Source: Clostridia bacterium (lineage in GTDB: Bacteria; Bacillota; Clostridia; Christensenellales; QALW01). From it: a stretch of 64,000 nucleotides of DNA. A model generated the notes under the pieces. It was not told where the DNA came from. It saw nothing but the letters and a program-made list of their open reading frames with translations, and did no database searches. The first letter of the stretch is position 1, and every line of letters begins with the position of its first letter. Positions 62,946 through 64,000 of this stretch are shown one piece after another. The stretch lies in assembly GCA_900769815.1 (NCBI GenBank), contig CAAGID010000011.1:14772-78771 (forward strand). Direction: 5' to 3'. A program made the translations under genes and the position numbers.

Positions 62946-63379
62946 TAGCTATCGGTTGCGACCACGGCGGATATGAATTAAAGCTTGCCGTTATTGAACA
63001 CCTTAAATCAAAGGGTTACGAAGTAAAGGATTTCGGCTGTTCTTCTTCAGACAGCGTAGATTATCCTGATTATGCTTATCCCGTTGCAAAATCCGTTGCA
63101 AATGGCGAGTCAGAAAAAGGAGTTCTCATTTGCGGAACAGGCATTGGTATGAGCATTGCCGCTAATAAAGTAAAGGGCATTCGTTGTGCGCTTTGTTCAG
63201 ATACTTTTTCCGCACACGCAACAAGAGAACATAATGATTCAAACATTCTTGCTTTGGGTGCCCGTGTTGTTGGCTTAAACCTTGCTCTTGATATTATTGA
63301 TACATGGCTCGCTGCTGAATTTACAGGTGGCAGACACGCAAACCGTATTGAAAAAATTACTAGAATTGAGAACGAGTAA
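62942..63379 (+). CDS. rpiB: ribose-5-phosphate isomerase B
   Basis: MIAIGCDHGGYELK...GVLICGTGIGMSIAANK...HNDSNILALGARV. Confidence 0.93.
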   Translation: MIAIGCDHGGYELKLAVIEHLKSKGYEVKDFGCSSSDSVDYPDYAYPVAKSVANGESEKGVLICGTGIGMSIAANKVKGIRCALCSDTFSAHATREHNDSNILALGARVVGLNLALDIIDTWLAAEFTGGRHANRIEKITRIENE

Positions 63380-63382
63380 AAA

Positions 63383-63841
63383 ATGATTTTTGATAATATA
63401 AAAAACAGTAAAACGTATTACGGGCTAAATCCTAAATTTGAAATAGCTTTTGATTTTATTAAGAAAGCATTAAAAGAAAACCTTGACGTTGGAAAATATG
63501 AAATTGACGGCAAAGATATTTACGCATCTGTCGAAGGCTATAATTCAAAATTAAAGGAAAACAGCGTTTTTGAAGGACACGAAAATTACATTGATATTCA
63601 TTTTATTATGGAAGGCTGCGAAATGATAGGCTCTATGGAAATCGCAAATGCCATTATCAAAAATGAATATGACCCCGAAAAAGATATTGCATTTTATGAA
63701 AAAAGTGATATTGCCTCTTACTGTGTGGCAAGGCAAGACGATTTTTGTATTTTTTATCCTCACGATATACATAGTCCCGGTGTGGCTTTTAATAACCTTC
63801 CCTTAAAGGTTAAGAAAATAGTCGTTAAAATACACATATAA
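63383..63841 (+). CDS. YhcH/YjgK/YiaL-family (DUF386) cupin-like protein
   Basis: N-terminal MIFDNIKNSKTYYGLNPKF and the HENYIDIHFIMEGCE segment resemble the family. Confidence 0.75.
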   Translation: MIFDNIKNSKTYYGLNPKFEIAFDFIKKALKENLDVGKYEIDGKDIYASVEGYNSKLKENSVFEGHENYIDIHFIMEGCEMIGSMEIANAIIKNEYDPEKDIAFYEKSDIASYCVARQDDFCIFYPHDIHSPGVAFNNLPLKVKKIVVKIHI

Positions 63842-63844
63842 AAA

Positions 63845-63880
63845 AGGCTTGAAAACTCCAAAAAGTTTTCAAGCCTTTTT
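63845..63880. terminator. bidirectional terminator
   Basis: AAAAAGGCTTGAAAACT-CCAAA-AAGTTTTCAAGCCTTTTT. Confidence 0.85.
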
Positions 63881-64000
63881 TTAATTTATATCAAATTGAC
63901 TGTGATAAAGTTCTGAATAAAAGCCTTTTTGCTTAAGAAGTTCTTTATGGTTTCCCTTTTCAATAACGTTGCCATCCCTCATTACCAATATTATATCGGC
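63881..64000 (-). CDS. C-terminal end of an ABC transporter ATP-binding protein (5' part outside window)
   Basis: My own minus-strand translation reads [39 protein letters not shown]-stop, the typical exporter NBD C-terminus. Confidence 0.75.
   Translation of the reverse strand, partial: ADIILVMRDGNVIEKGNHKELLKQKGFYSELYHSQFDIN

Noticed and set aside
1-64000. A search by eye for CRISPR arrays, long tandem repeats, IS elements/transposases, rRNA, or phage/defence gene clusters.
   Set aside because: I saw no regularly spaced direct repeats. No transposase, integrase, restriction enzyme, Cas protein, or toxin-antitoxin-like pairs appear among the translations. The only repeated features are short palindromes and terminator hairpins.

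Overview
This is an AT-rich chromosomal segment that looks Firmicutes/Clostridia-type. A spore-former is implied by spoVG, an unannotated gin/csfB-like ORF, and a spoIVFA-like/spoIVFB pair. Most of the window is core housekeeping. It carries argH-argG; prsA-like, mfd, pth, glmU and spoVG; an EF-G paralogue; two tRNAs; yebC; infC-rpmI-rplT; a class B PBP; ileS; minD-minE-rodA; dusB; lepB; rpiB; and several ABC exporters. Candidate RNA and regulatory elements visible by eye include tandem ARG-box-like operators upstream of argG and an ATT-start infC behind an L20-leader-like attenuator. There is also a cobalamin-riboswitch-like leader ahead of a DUF4430 lipoprotein plus an ECF S-component, and a T-box-like leader ahead of ileS. 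Two accessory loci stand out. (1) A ~12.6 kb, eight-gene, tightly coupled minus-strand operon (34.7-47.3 kb). It encodes one 1153-aa solute-binding protein with CBM-like modules, two complete MalF/MalG-type permease pairs, and an embedded trio: an NHL-propeller/TPR anchored protein, a Yip1 membrane protein and a ~950-aa lipoprotein. It has no ATPase and no regulator. (2) A three-gene operon (32.5-34.4 kb) made of a PqqD-like RiPP-recognition protein, an RfbA-type nucleotidyltransferase and an HPr-kinase-like P-loop protein, with no maturation enzyme or obvious precursor next to it. I found no CRISPR array, rRNA, transposase, integrase or prophage signature. All family assignments come from reading the translations and from recalled motifs. 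No database search was run.
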